Shown: positions 1 to 7,346 of the stretch, piece after piece
Position numbering within the stretch: the first letter of the stretch is position 1
How the letters are laid out: the number at the start of each line of letters is the position of its first letter
Virus record (IMG/VR): IMGVR_UViG_3300020043_003543
Span: 1-26,174 of that record
Reading direction: 5' to 3' (one strand)
DNA from: a virus
Taxonomy: Duplodnaviria; Caudoviricetes
DNA: 26,174 nt
The notes under the pieces: model-generated
Database searches by the model: none
The model's input: only the letters and a program-made list of their open reading frames with translations
What the model was told of the DNA's origin: nothing
Translations under genes and position numbers: made by a program

Positions 1-99
1 TTGCAGGAGCTGTTCGCCGCCGACATGGCGCGGCTGAACCAGAAGTATACGGTTTTGTGGTCCAAGGAGGAAGTAGATCGGTGGGTAAAGTCCTTATAG
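1..99 (+). CDS. VRR-NUC nuclease, C-terminal fragment (5' end outside window)
   Basis: Frame 1 reads LQELFAADMARLNQKYTVLWSKEEVDRWVKSL*. This resembles the C-terminus of small phage VRR-NUC proteins, which typically lie just upstream of SNF2 helicases. Confidence 0.65.
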   Translation: MQELFAADMARLNQKYTVLWSKEEVDRWVKSL

Positions 100-683
100 C
101 GTGTGAGTATTCAGGGACGGTGCGCGACGCGTTTCTGGCGTTGGGTCACGACGCCATGTCGTGCGACCTGTTGCCGACGGATCAGCCGGGGCCGCACTAT
201 CAGGGCGACGTCCGCGACGTGCTGGGCCAGGGCTGGGACCTCATGATAGCGCACCCGCCCTGCACTTATCTGTCAGTCAGCGGGATGCACTGGACCGCAA
301 GAGGCTTACGCGACCCGCAGCTGACCGAAGACGCGCTGGACTTCGTGCGCCTGCTCTTGGACGCGCCCGTCCCGCGGGTAGCGTTGGAGAATCCGGTCAG
401 CGTCATATCCAGCCGCATCCGCAAGCCAGACCAGATCATACAGCCGTGGATGTTTGGCCACGACGCCAGCAAGAAGACGTGCCTGTGGCTGAAGAACCTG
501 CCGCGGCTGGAGCCGACGCAGTTAACCGCCCCCCGCGTCGTCGACGGGCGCAAGCGCTGGGGCAACCAGACGGACAGCGGGCAGAACAAGCTGTCGCCGT
601 CTGAAGATCGGTGGAAGATCCGCAGCGAGACCTATGCGGGTATCGCCGCCGCTATGGCCGCGCAGTGGGGGCCAGTGTGCTGA
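81..683 (+). CDS. Compact phage DNA cytosine-5 methyltransferase-like protein
   Basis: KVLIACEYSG (motif I-like), DLMIAHPPC (catalytic PC motif IV) and ALENPV (motif VI). AAGGAGG at 64-70 supports a GTG start at 81 rather than 57. Confidence 0.75.
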   Translation: MGKVLIACEYSGTVRDAFLALGHDAMSCDLLPTDQPGPHYQGDVRDVLGQGWDLMIAHPPCTYLSVSGMHWTARGLRDPQLTEDALDFVRLLLDAPVPRVALENPVSVISSRIRKPDQIIQPWMFGHDASKKTCLWLKNLPRLEPTQLTAPRVVDGRKRWGNQTDSGQNKLSPSEDRWKIRSETYAGIAAAMAAQWGPVC

Positions 684-2014
684 AACTCAGACCCTACCAA
701 GAGCAGGCGGTTGACTTCCTGTACGGCCACGACCGCGCGATGACGCTCGCGCCGGTGGGCGCGGGCAAGACCGCCATAGCGCTGACGGCGATGCAGGAGA
801 TGGTGCGCGACGGCTATGTCAGCCGATGGATCGTCCTTGCGCCCAAGCGCGTCGCGGCGAGCGTCTGGCCGTCCGAAGCGCCGAAGTGGGCGCCAGGTCT
901 GCAACTTGCGGCGGCCGTCGGCACACCGGCGCAGCGTGACGCGGCGTTCCGGTCGAGCGCGCACGTCGTCGTCACTAACTACGACAACCTGCAAACGCTC
1001 GACCTGCGGGGCTTTGACGGGATCGTCTTCGACGAGCTGACCCGGCTGAAGAACCCTTCCGGCAAGCGCTTCAAGGCGCTGATGCAGATGCTGGACGCGA
1101 TCAAGATCCGCTGGGGTCTGACGGGGTCCTTCACCTCGAACGGCCTTGAGGACGTGTTCGGCCAGTGCCGCGTCATCGACCAGAAGCTGCTAGGCCGCTC
1201 GAAGGGAGCGTTCATGCAGGAGTACTTCCTGCCCGTGAACCCGGAATATGGCGAGTGGCAGGCGCGCAAAGGGTCGCTGGCGGCCGTTATGCAGCGCATC
1301 CGCCCGGCGACGTTCGTGCTGGAGCCCGGCGTCTACGCCGACAAGCTGCCGGAGCTGCACACGGTCGTCATGGAGTGCGAGCTGGCCGACCGCCAGCCTT
1401 ACGAGCAGATGAAGAAGCAGTTCATTGCGGAGCTGGGGACGACGCACATCGTCGCCATGTCGGCGGCGGCCGTGGTCAACAAGCTGCAACAGATGACGTC
1501 AGGATTTGCTTACGACACGATCAAGACGGCCAGCGACCGGCCAGGACGGTACGAAGTCAAGCAGACCGCGCACTGGTACGACACGTCTAAGTTCGACACT
1601 CTGGAGGACCTTCTCAATGAGAATCAGCGCGATAACACCATCATCGTCTATAACTTCAAGGAGGAGCTGGCGGAGCTGCTGCGGCGCTACCCTCAAGCGC
1701 AGACCCTCGACGACGCCGACGCAATCGAACGATGGAACGCGGGCCAGATCGAGCTCCTGCTGGTGCACCCTAAGAGCGCCGGTCACGGACTGAACCTGCA
1801 ACACGGCGGGTGCAAGATGGTGTTCCTGTCGCTGCCGTGGTCGCTGGAGCTGTACGAGCAGACCATAGGCCGACTGCACCGGGGCGGGCAGACGCGGGAC
1901 GTATGGGTCTATCTGTTGATGGCGAAGGACACGGTCGATCAGCGCATCAAGGCGGCGCTGGCTGACAAGCGGGCCGTGTCCGATATAGCGCTGGAGGAAT
2001 TGCGTGAGGGTTAA
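677..2014 (+). CDS. SNF2-family (superfamily 2) helicase
   Basis: LRPYQ Q-motif, Walker A APVGAGKT, FDELT motif II, GLTGS motif III, SAGHGLNLQ, and QTIGRLHRGGQ motif VI. The GTG at 677 overlaps the MTase stop. Confidence 0.92.
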   Translation: MLKLRPYQEQAVDFLYGHDRAMTLAPVGAGKTAIALTAMQEMVRDGYVSRWIVLAPKRVAASVWPSEAPKWAPGLQLAAAVGTPAQRDAAFRSSAHVVVTNYDNLQTLDLRGFDGIVFDELTRLKNPSGKRFKALMQMLDAIKIRWGLTGSFTSNGLEDVFGQCRVIDQKLLGRSKGAFMQEYFLPVNPEYGEWQARKGSLAAVMQRIRPATFVLEPGVYADKLPELHTVVMECELADRQPYEQMKKQFIAELGTTHIVAMSAAAVVNKLQQMTSGFAYDTIKTASDRPGRYEVKQTAHWYDTSKFDTLEDLLNENQRDNTIIVYNFKEELAELLRRYPQAQTLDDADAIERWNAGQIELLLVHPKSAGHGLNLQHGGCKMVFLSLPWSLELYEQTIGRLHRGGQTRDVWVYLLMAKDTVDQRIKAALADKRAVSDIALEELREG

Positions 2015-2186
2015 CTGGAGATGGCTGAACCGACACATGTCGAATCTGACGGAGGAGCAGGTGCAGACCCTGCTGGACCAGGAGCTGGCGGGGGAGAGAC
2101 GCGGGGCGATCCTGCGGCGGCTGCACCAGCGCGTCAACGCCCTGCGCGTGGCGCGGGAGAGGAGCGAGCTATGTCCAAGGCCCTGA
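2004..2186 (+). CDS. Small helical phage hypothetical protein
   Basis: GGAGG RBS upstream, overlaps the helicase end, amphipathic helical sequence. Confidence 0.7.
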   Translation: MRVNWRWLNRHMSNLTEEQVQTLLDQELAGERRGAILRRLHQRVNALRVARERSELCPRP

Positions 2187-2398
2187 TGCTGGCGGAGTTC
2201 GGGTTGCGCATGATCGCGATGGAGCTGCGGCTAGGACAGGCGCCGGAGGAAGCGGCGAAGACAGCGACCGCCTACGCCCTGATGGCGCAGCAGGCGCTGG
2301 GGTGGACTGAAGCGAAGGTCATAGAGAGGGAGAAGGCGCGTGAGCGAATTGGATTATCTCCGACAGGAAGAAAGCCGACTTATCGACGAAATCGTTAG
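2171..2398 (+). CDS. Hypothetical protein (MSKALMLAEF...)
   Basis: GAGGAG just upstream of the ATG at 2171. The upstream extension in the ORF track is a shadow of the previous gene. Confidence 0.5.
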   Translation: MSKALMLAEFGLRMIAMELRLGQAPEEAAKTATAYALMAQQALGWTEAKVIEREKARERIGLSPTGRKPTYRRNR

Positions 2399-2522
2399 GC
2401 TGCGTAAGCAGGTCTACGTGATGCGCGACGTCTTGGCCCGGATCGCGTCGGAGCCAGGAAACGAGATGGTGTGGACGTTGGCTATGTATGGGCTGAAAGA
2501 AACGGGGGAAAATGAGCTATGA
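2340..2522 (+). CDS. Small coiled-coil hypothetical protein
   Basis: GAGGGAG RBS before a GTG start; the stop is coupled (ATGA) to the next gene. Confidence 0.6.
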   Translation: MSELDYLRQEESRLIDEIVRLRKQVYVMRDVLARIASEPGNEMVWTLAMYGLKETGENEL

Positions 2523-3121
2523 TTGAAATCAAACACCGATACACGGACGCGGTTCTGCACACCGTTGAAACCGACACGCTAAGCGGGGCGAACCTATGCG
2601 GAGCGGACCTGCGCGGGGCGTACCTGCGCTGGGCGGACCTAAGCGGGGCGGACCTGCGCGGGGCGGACCTAAGCGGGGCGGACCTGCGCGGGGCGTTCCT
2701 GAGCAGGGCGTTCCTGAGCGGGGCGTACCTGAGCGGGGCGTACCTGATCGGGGCGTACCTGATCGAGGCGGACCTGAGCGGGGCGTACCTGATCGGGGCG
2801 GACCTGAGCGGGGCAAACCTGAGCGGGGCGGACCTGAGCGGGGCGGACCTGATCGGGGCGGACCTGAGCGGGGCGAACCTGAGCGGGGCCACAATCGACC
2901 CCGACAAGCTCGACCGGCTATTAGCTCGTGTTACGCGCGTCAGCGACGGTCACGAGTTCTTTTTCTTCGCTCTCCAGGATGGCTCGCCAAAGGTCAAAGC
3001 CGGCTGCCGCTGGCTGACGATTGAAGATTACCGGGCCCATGTTGCGGACAACTATCCCGACACGGACAAGGCGCGGGAAACTCTGGACATTCTGAATTTT
3101 TTTGAGGCTCGCGCACGATGA
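2519..3121 (+). CDS. Pentapeptide-repeat protein
   Basis: 21 consecutive L-x-G-A-[DNYF]-type units, followed by a C-terminal domain containing KAGCRWLT. ATGA coupling at both ends. Confidence 0.92.
   Translation: MIEIKHRYTDAVLHTVETDTLSGANLCGADLRGAYLRWADLSGADLRGADLSGADLRGAFLSRAFLSGAYLSGAYLIGAYLIEADLSGAYLIGADLSGANLSGADLSGADLIGADLSGANLSGATIDPDKLDRLLARVTRVSDGHEFFFFALQDGSPKVKAGCRWLTIEDYRAHVADNYPDTDKARETLDILNFFEARAR
2579..2893 (+). repeat. 15-bp tandem repeat array, consensus CTGAGCGGGGCGGAC, 21 units
   Basis: Directly visible; it encodes the pentapeptide repeats. Confidence 0.95.
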
Positions 3122-3303
3122 GCTTTAACAAACGCCCGTTCCAGCGCGTCTGCCCGTACTGGTTTATGGTGAACGGCGAGCTGATGCAGTGCCTCAAGGA
3201 CACGGCGGTCGGCAAGACCTACTGCCCTGAGTGCGACGAGAAGACGAGACTAGCCCATGCCCAGCCGCGGATGCACGGGCTGGGGAACAAGTCAATTTTG
3301 TAG
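3118..3303 (+). CDS. Small Cys-rich (possible zinc-binding) hypothetical protein
   Basis: Four Cys including CPEC; ATGA-coupled start. Confidence 0.6.
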   Translation: MSFNKRPFQRVCPYWFMVNGELMQCLKDTAVGKTYCPECDEKTRLAHAQPRMHGLGNKSIL

Positions 3304-3312
3304 GAGGAGAAG

Positions 3313-3507
3313 GTGAGCCGGTCTAATCTAGTCGACGTCGAAGTTGAAATTCATCTGGAAACGGAGCGCGCTTGGCTCGTTTCGGATGACGGAGATCGCG
3401 ACTCAGCGGTCTGGATACCCAAAAGCCAAGCCGAATTAGTAACGGAGCGTCGCACGCATATGCTGACGCTGCCAGAGTGGTTAGCAACAGAGAAGGGTTT
3501 AATATGA
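3313..3507 (+). CDS. Small beta-rich phage hypothetical protein
   Basis: Strong AGGAGG RBS; ETERAWLV / VWIPKSQ / LPEWLA.EKGL pattern typical of a small phage protein family. Confidence 0.8.
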   Translation: MSRSNLVDVEVEIHLETERAWLVSDDGDRDSAVWIPKSQAELVTERRTHMLTLPEWLATEKGLI

Positions 3508-3743
3508 CCGACGTTATTCATCCTGCCCCAACTGAGTTTTCTGCGGAAGAAATCGCCGCCGACGGCATCCTGCGATTTTTTCATTACGCGCACTTGCCGC
3601 CAGCATTGCAAGCGCGGTCAAAGCCGTTCTGCGACCTGGCGCGGCTCATTATTGACACTACACCGCGCAATGCGGAGCGCACCGTTGCGCTTCGTAAATT
3701 GCTGGAAGCCAAAGACGCGGGTGTCCGTGCGCATGTAGGTTGA
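3504..3743 (+). CDS. Small helical-hairpin protein (possibly Acb2/Tad1-like)
   Basis: ATGA-coupled start at 3504; FHYAHLP...ERTVALRKLLEAKDAGVRA. The ORF is well supported but the function is speculative. Confidence 0.75.
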   Translation: MTDVIHPAPTEFSAEEIAADGILRFFHYAHLPPALQARSKPFCDLARLIIDTTPRNAERTVALRKLLEAKDAGVRAHVG

Positions 3744-3763
3744 GATAGAAAAGGAGGACGACT

Positions 3764-3997
3764 ATGAACGACCCTGTCAACAACCCGATCCACTACGTCG
3801 ACGGCGGCGTGGAGACCATCGACTATATCCAGGCGAAGCTGACGCCGGAGGAGTTCCGGGGCTACTGCCTTGGCAACGTCCTTAAATACGTCTCTCGCGC
3901 GGGCAAGAAGGACAACGGGCAGGAGGATCTGGCTAAGGCTGCGTGGTATCTGACGAAGGCTTTGGGCAATCCAGTTCACAAACGCAAACAAACCTAG
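3764..3997 (+). CDS. DUF3310 / T7 gp1.7-like putative nucleotide kinase
   Basis: DPVNNPIHY...ETIDYI...GNVLKYVSRAGKK...EDLAKAAWYL signature; AAGGAGG RBS. Confidence 0.88.
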   Translation: MNDPVNNPIHYVDGGVETIDYIQAKLTPEEFRGYCLGNVLKYVSRAGKKDNGQEDLAKAAWYLTKALGNPVHKRKQT

Positions 3998-4184
3998 AGT
4001 TGTGCGTCTCGATCTGCCGTATCGTCTCCGGCGTGTCCTTGTCCATGTCGTAATAGATGGGCTTGGCGATACGGCAGTAGTCGCCCTCAACCACCGTCGG
4101 GCGGCCGACGACCGAACCTGTCTCGCAGGCGTTCGCGGCGAGCAGTATCGGTATCAGGAAGGTCAGCCCGGTTAACATTTTCAT
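3933..4184 (-). CDS. Putative o-spanin (Rz1-like lipoprotein)
   Basis: From the ATG at 4184: MKMLTGLTFLIPILLAANAC is a signal peptide with a lipobox Cys, and four further Cys follow. It overlaps the upstream membrane-anchored gene in another frame at the end of the lysis cassette. Confidence 0.65.
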   Translation of the reverse strand: MKMLTGLTFLIPILLAANACETGSVVGRPTVVEGDYCRIAKPIYYDMDKDTPETIRQIETHNSRFVCVCELDCPKPSSDTTQP

Positions 4185-4290
4185 CGAGAATGTCCTTGAT
4201 CTCCTGTCGGCCCTCATCCTTCACCTTGTTCTCCCGCATGATGCGGAGGAACTCGGCCAGTATCAGAAAGAGAGCCGACAGGAATTTCAT
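4087..4290 (-). CDS. Putative i-spanin (Rz-like)
   Basis: Hydrophobic N-terminus followed by a charged helical segment; lies after the holin and overlaps the lipoprotein gene. Confidence 0.6.
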   Translation of the reverse strand: MKFLSALFLILAEFLRIMRENKVKDEGRQEIKDILDENVNRADLPDTDTARRERLRDRFGRRPPDGG

Positions 4291-4460
4291 GCGCGCTTGG
4301 CCCAGACAGACCAGACAGCCGTGGCGATCGTAGCGGCAGCGCCCGCAAGAGCGACAGCCGTCTCCGAGTCGATCACGCCCTTGCCCACCAGGTACCCACC
4401 GATGGCGGAGACCAGAGCGCGGACGACGCCTGTGACCTGTTCAGCAGAAAGCATCTTCAT
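4287..4460 (-). CDS. Putative holin, 57 aa, two hydrophobic segments (missing from the ORF track)
   Basis: Manual translation: MKMLSAEQVTGVVRALVSAIGGYLVGKGVIDSETAVALAGAAATIATAVWSVWAKRA*. ATGA-coupled to both neighbours; GGGAG RBS. Confidence 0.75.
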   Translation of the reverse strand: MKMLSAEQVTGVVRALVSAIGGYLVGKGVIDSETAVALAGAAATIATAVWSVWAKRA

Positions 4461-4810
4461 CTAGGTAACTCCCAATGAGGGCCGTCAGGAAAATTTTTCC
4501 AATCACCGCCCCAGGTTACAGCCACCCCTTCGGCCTTGGCGGCCGCCTTGATGACCGGAGCCAGCTTGTGAAAGACGTCCCAGCTCCAAGACAGCTTACC
4601 ACGGATCAGGGGCGCGATGTCAACGGCGTGGCCGGTCAGGTGGCGGCTGTGCAGCGTCTTCGACGCTCCCGCCGCGACCAAGTCCTTCTGCCGCGCCAAG
4701 GTGCGCACGCCCTCGATGATCATGAAGTCGGCGTCCTTGCCAGCGCGCTCGATGACGCGGACAAGGTCCGGGTGGACGCCCTTCAGTCGTGCTGCGTGCG
4801 TTATTGCCAT
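4457..4810 (-). CDS. Endolysin, M15-family Zn peptidase (L-Ala-D-Glu peptidase-like)
   Basis: LKGVHPDL, EGVRT..RQ, SRHLTGHAVD and DGPHWEL motifs. Confidence 0.93.
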   Translation of the reverse strand: MAITHAARLKGVHPDLVRVIERAGKDADFMIIEGVRTLARQKDLVAAGASKTLHSRHLTGHAVDIAPLIRGKLSWSWDVFHKLAPVIKAAAKAEGVAVTWGGDWKNFPDGPHWELPR

Positions 4811-4974
4811 GTGCTTATCTGCATGACGATGCCCAGCAGGGCCAGGATGATCGCGCCCGCCGCGCCTATCAGTATGCCCTCAAGGCGCTTCAGGCGCGCG
4901 TTGATGCTATCGTACCGCTCTGCACACACCGCCTCGTGCGTCTGGAGGCGCGCTTCAACATCGTCTACCATCAT
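4801..4974 (-). CDS. Small coiled-coil protein with a C-terminal TM helix (XhlA-like / holin accessory; missing from the ORF track)
   Basis: Manual translation: MMVDDVEARLQTHEAVCAERYDSINARLKRLEGILIGAAGAIILALLGIVMQISTWQ*. It fills the gap between the ejection protein and the endolysin with an ATGA overlap. Confidence 0.75.
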   Translation of the reverse strand: MMVDDVEARLQTHEAVCAERYDSINARLKRLEGILIGAAGAIILALLGIVMQISTWQ

Positions 4975-7346
4975 CGCCTCATCGCATTACGGTTGGGTTC
5001 AGCTGCGACGGCGCCAGCAGCGCCGGAAGTTGCAAAGCCTGCGGCGGGGGCGTTAATGTTTGTCTTACCGCTAAGGAACTTGAGCATCTTTGACCGCTCG
5101 CTGGCGGGCAAGAGCGACACGGCCTCGACGACGCCCTTGCCACTGCGCATGGCCTTGATGATGGTGTCGGTCGTCTGCTTGCTGAAACGCTTCTCCATGT
5201 CGTCCAGCGCGACGTTGGCAATCGTGGCGGTGCGGTTGAGCAGCGACGGGACGCCAAGGCGACCAGGTTCAACAGACCGGAAGGCGTTCTGCAAGACTTC
5301 GTAGCCCTCGGTGATCTGTTCCTTGATGACCGCGTCGCGTTCTACCTGCCGCGCAACCTCTTGCATGGCGGGGCGACGGTCGAAGCTGACGATAGGCCGG
5401 GCGCTCTTTTGCCGCCCGGTCAGCTTGATTGTTGGGTCCATAGCCGCCATGAAGTCGCCTTGACGCGGGCCAAACAGGTTCTTGACCGCCTCTGGATCGT
5501 TGCCACGGACTAGCGACACAAACTTGTTGGGGTTGCTGGCGTACATCTCCGCGGCTTCAGAAGCCAGCTTCATGCGAGAGACGTCTTTCATCCCTTCTTC
5601 GTAAGTGCGCAAGTACTGGAACCAGGTCTTACCCGCGCCCGCCTGCTTCATGGCGCTGTCAAAGAACGGGCGGACTTCACTCAGCAACGCCACGGCCTGC
5701 GCGTTCTGCGTTTTGGCGTCAACGCCGGGCATAGCTTCGCGGATCGCCTCGGTAATAGACTTCTGGCGGATCTCAATCAGCGCCTCGGGGTCTATGACGC
5801 CTGTCTCTGACGACCACTCGTCCAGCTTCTGCGCAACTTTCCGTAGTGCTTTGGACGTGACGTCGCTGACGCCCGCGCGGGGTTTCGTCAGCAGGTTGAG
5901 GATAGGGGCGGCGATACGGTTTGCGTCCAGCGGCGCGACGCCTTTGAGCGCTAAGTCATCCAGCTTAGCTTGCGCGGTAGCGGCGCGACGCTCGGCGTTT
6001 TTAATTTGCTTGTTGAGCTCTGCACCTTGCGCTTTTAGCGCCGCCGCCTGTTGCCCGGCTTCAGTGTAGTCGGGCGCGACACCGCCACCGCCGCCAACGC
6101 CGGACAGCTCCTCGGCTTCGCGTGCGGCTTGCTTTGTAGCTTCATCGACGCGCGTCGTAAGGTCGTCGGCCTGCTGCCGCAGGTTTGCTATAACCTCGCT
6201 TTCTTGCGCGACTTTTCTTTGCGCCAACGACGTAACGCGCGCCGTTGTTTTCGCTTCTCGCATCGCTTGCTCACGCAGAGGGCCGGTGCGCGCCGAAAGC
6301 GCCTGCTTGGCTGTCTCCTGCGCCGCCTCCCGCTGCGTGGCGGTTTCGCCTCCACTGACGATGTTCAGCAAAGTCTGCCGCTGTTCTTCTTGCGTGCGGC
6401 CCAAGTCGCGTGTGATGGCGGACTTGTCTCGTTTAGCGGCCCACTCGCCCAGCGCAATAAAACCTTTGACTTTTAATGGGTCAACGCCGCTTTCGATCAG
6501 CGCCTGCTCGGGCGTCAAGTTGTCGGGAGCGTTGCGGAGGATGTTGATCGCTTTGTCGGCGTCTTCGCCTAGCACGTCGCGAATAATCGTAGACGCGCGA
6601 ACTTTACCAAGCGCACCGCTGACACTGTCGATTACCGTGCCAAGCCCTTTTGCGGATGCTTTGGTCAGCGGTACGCCAGCGGCAGGCACCAACGCCCCCA
6701 CAACGGCGCCGGTACCCGCGTCCTGATCGGTCAGCGCGGAGAAGGTTGCGCCCGTAGCGCCGCCGCCTATCATACGCGTGCCAATGTTAGCCGCGCCGGA
6801 GTAAAAGGTCTTTGGTTGAGCGCCGGTCATGAACCCGCCGCTTTCCAAAGACGTTGCGATAGGGGTTGTAACGCCCTTAATAGCGGGGATGGCTTTGCTA
6901 GCGGCTTTGAACGGCACGGCCAACACGCCACCCGCAGGCGCGGTCGATAACATCTGCCCGCTAAAACGCCCGCCCATCGCTACGGGGCTTTTGCCGAATT
7001 GATTTGCAAACTCCTGTTTTTCCGCCGCCGCTACAGTGCCCGGCCCACGAGGGAACAGCGGGCTAAGGAGCGTTTCCGCGACGTCCTGTACGCCGCGCTC
7101 CAGCCCGACCGGAACCTCCAGCACCGCCCGCGCCGCGCCAGGCAGGTACGTACCCGGACGCCCGATGTCGAACGACGGCATAGACCCAACGGCCTTGGAT
7201 ATGGACGGGGGTGTGCGGGCCGTTTCTACAGGAGGCGCCGCTTCACCCATAACAATAGGCGCGTCTCGCCACGAGCCTTTTGTCGGTTTTTCTGGCTTGC
7301 CTTTCGCCGGTTCGTTTGCAAGCGGGGCATCTCTCCACGATTTCAT
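4971..7346 (-). CDS. Large internal virion / DNA ejection protein (P22 gp16-equivalent position)
   Basis: 791 aa, Ala/Gly-rich with hydrophobic GxxxG segments and coiled coils; third of three genes at the end of a P22-like tail module. Confidence 0.7.
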   Translation of the reverse strand: MKSWRDAPLANEPAKGKPEKPTKGSWRDAPIVMGEAAPPVETARTPPSISKAVGSMPSFDIGRPGTYLPGAARAVLEVPVGLERGVQDVAETLLSPLFPRGPGTVAAAEKQEFANQFGKSPVAMGGRFSGQMLSTAPAGGVLAVPFKAASKAIPAIKGVTTPIATSLESGGFMTGAQPKTFYSGAANIGTRMIGGGATGATFSALTDQDAGTGAVVGALVPAAGVPLTKASAKGLGTVIDSVSGALGKVRASTIIRDVLGEDADKAINILRNAPDNLTPEQALIESGVDPLKVKGFIALGEWAAKRDKSAITRDLGRTQEEQRQTLLNIVSGGETATQREAAQETAKQALSARTGPLREQAMREAKTTARVTSLAQRKVAQESEVIANLRQQADDLTTRVDEATKQAAREAEELSGVGGGGGVAPDYTEAGQQAAALKAQGAELNKQIKNAERRAATAQAKLDDLALKGVAPLDANRIAAPILNLLTKPRAGVSDVTSKALRKVAQKLDEWSSETGVIDPEALIEIRQKSITEAIREAMPGVDAKTQNAQAVALLSEVRPFFDSAMKQAGAGKTWFQYLRTYEEGMKDVSRMKLASEAAEMYASNPNKFVSLVRGNDPEAVKNLFGPRQGDFMAAMDPTIKLTGRQKSARPIVSFDRRPAMQEVARQVERDAVIKEQITEGYEVLQNAFRSVEPGRLGVPSLLNRTATIANVALDDMEKRFSKQTTDTIIKAMRSGKGVVEAVSLLPASERSKMLKFLSGKTNINAPAAGFATSGAAGAVAAEPNRNAMRR

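Noticed and set aside
2579-2893. Regular short repeats suggesting a CRISPR array
   Set aside because: The 15-bp units are contiguous with no unique spacers, and they encode an in-frame pentapeptide-repeat protein.
2482-3024. Repetitive ORFs 2482..2907(-), 2529..2894(-) and 2596..3024(+)
   Set aside because: These are alternative-frame shadows of the 15-bp repeat. The 2519..3121 frame has coupled ends and a known repeat type.
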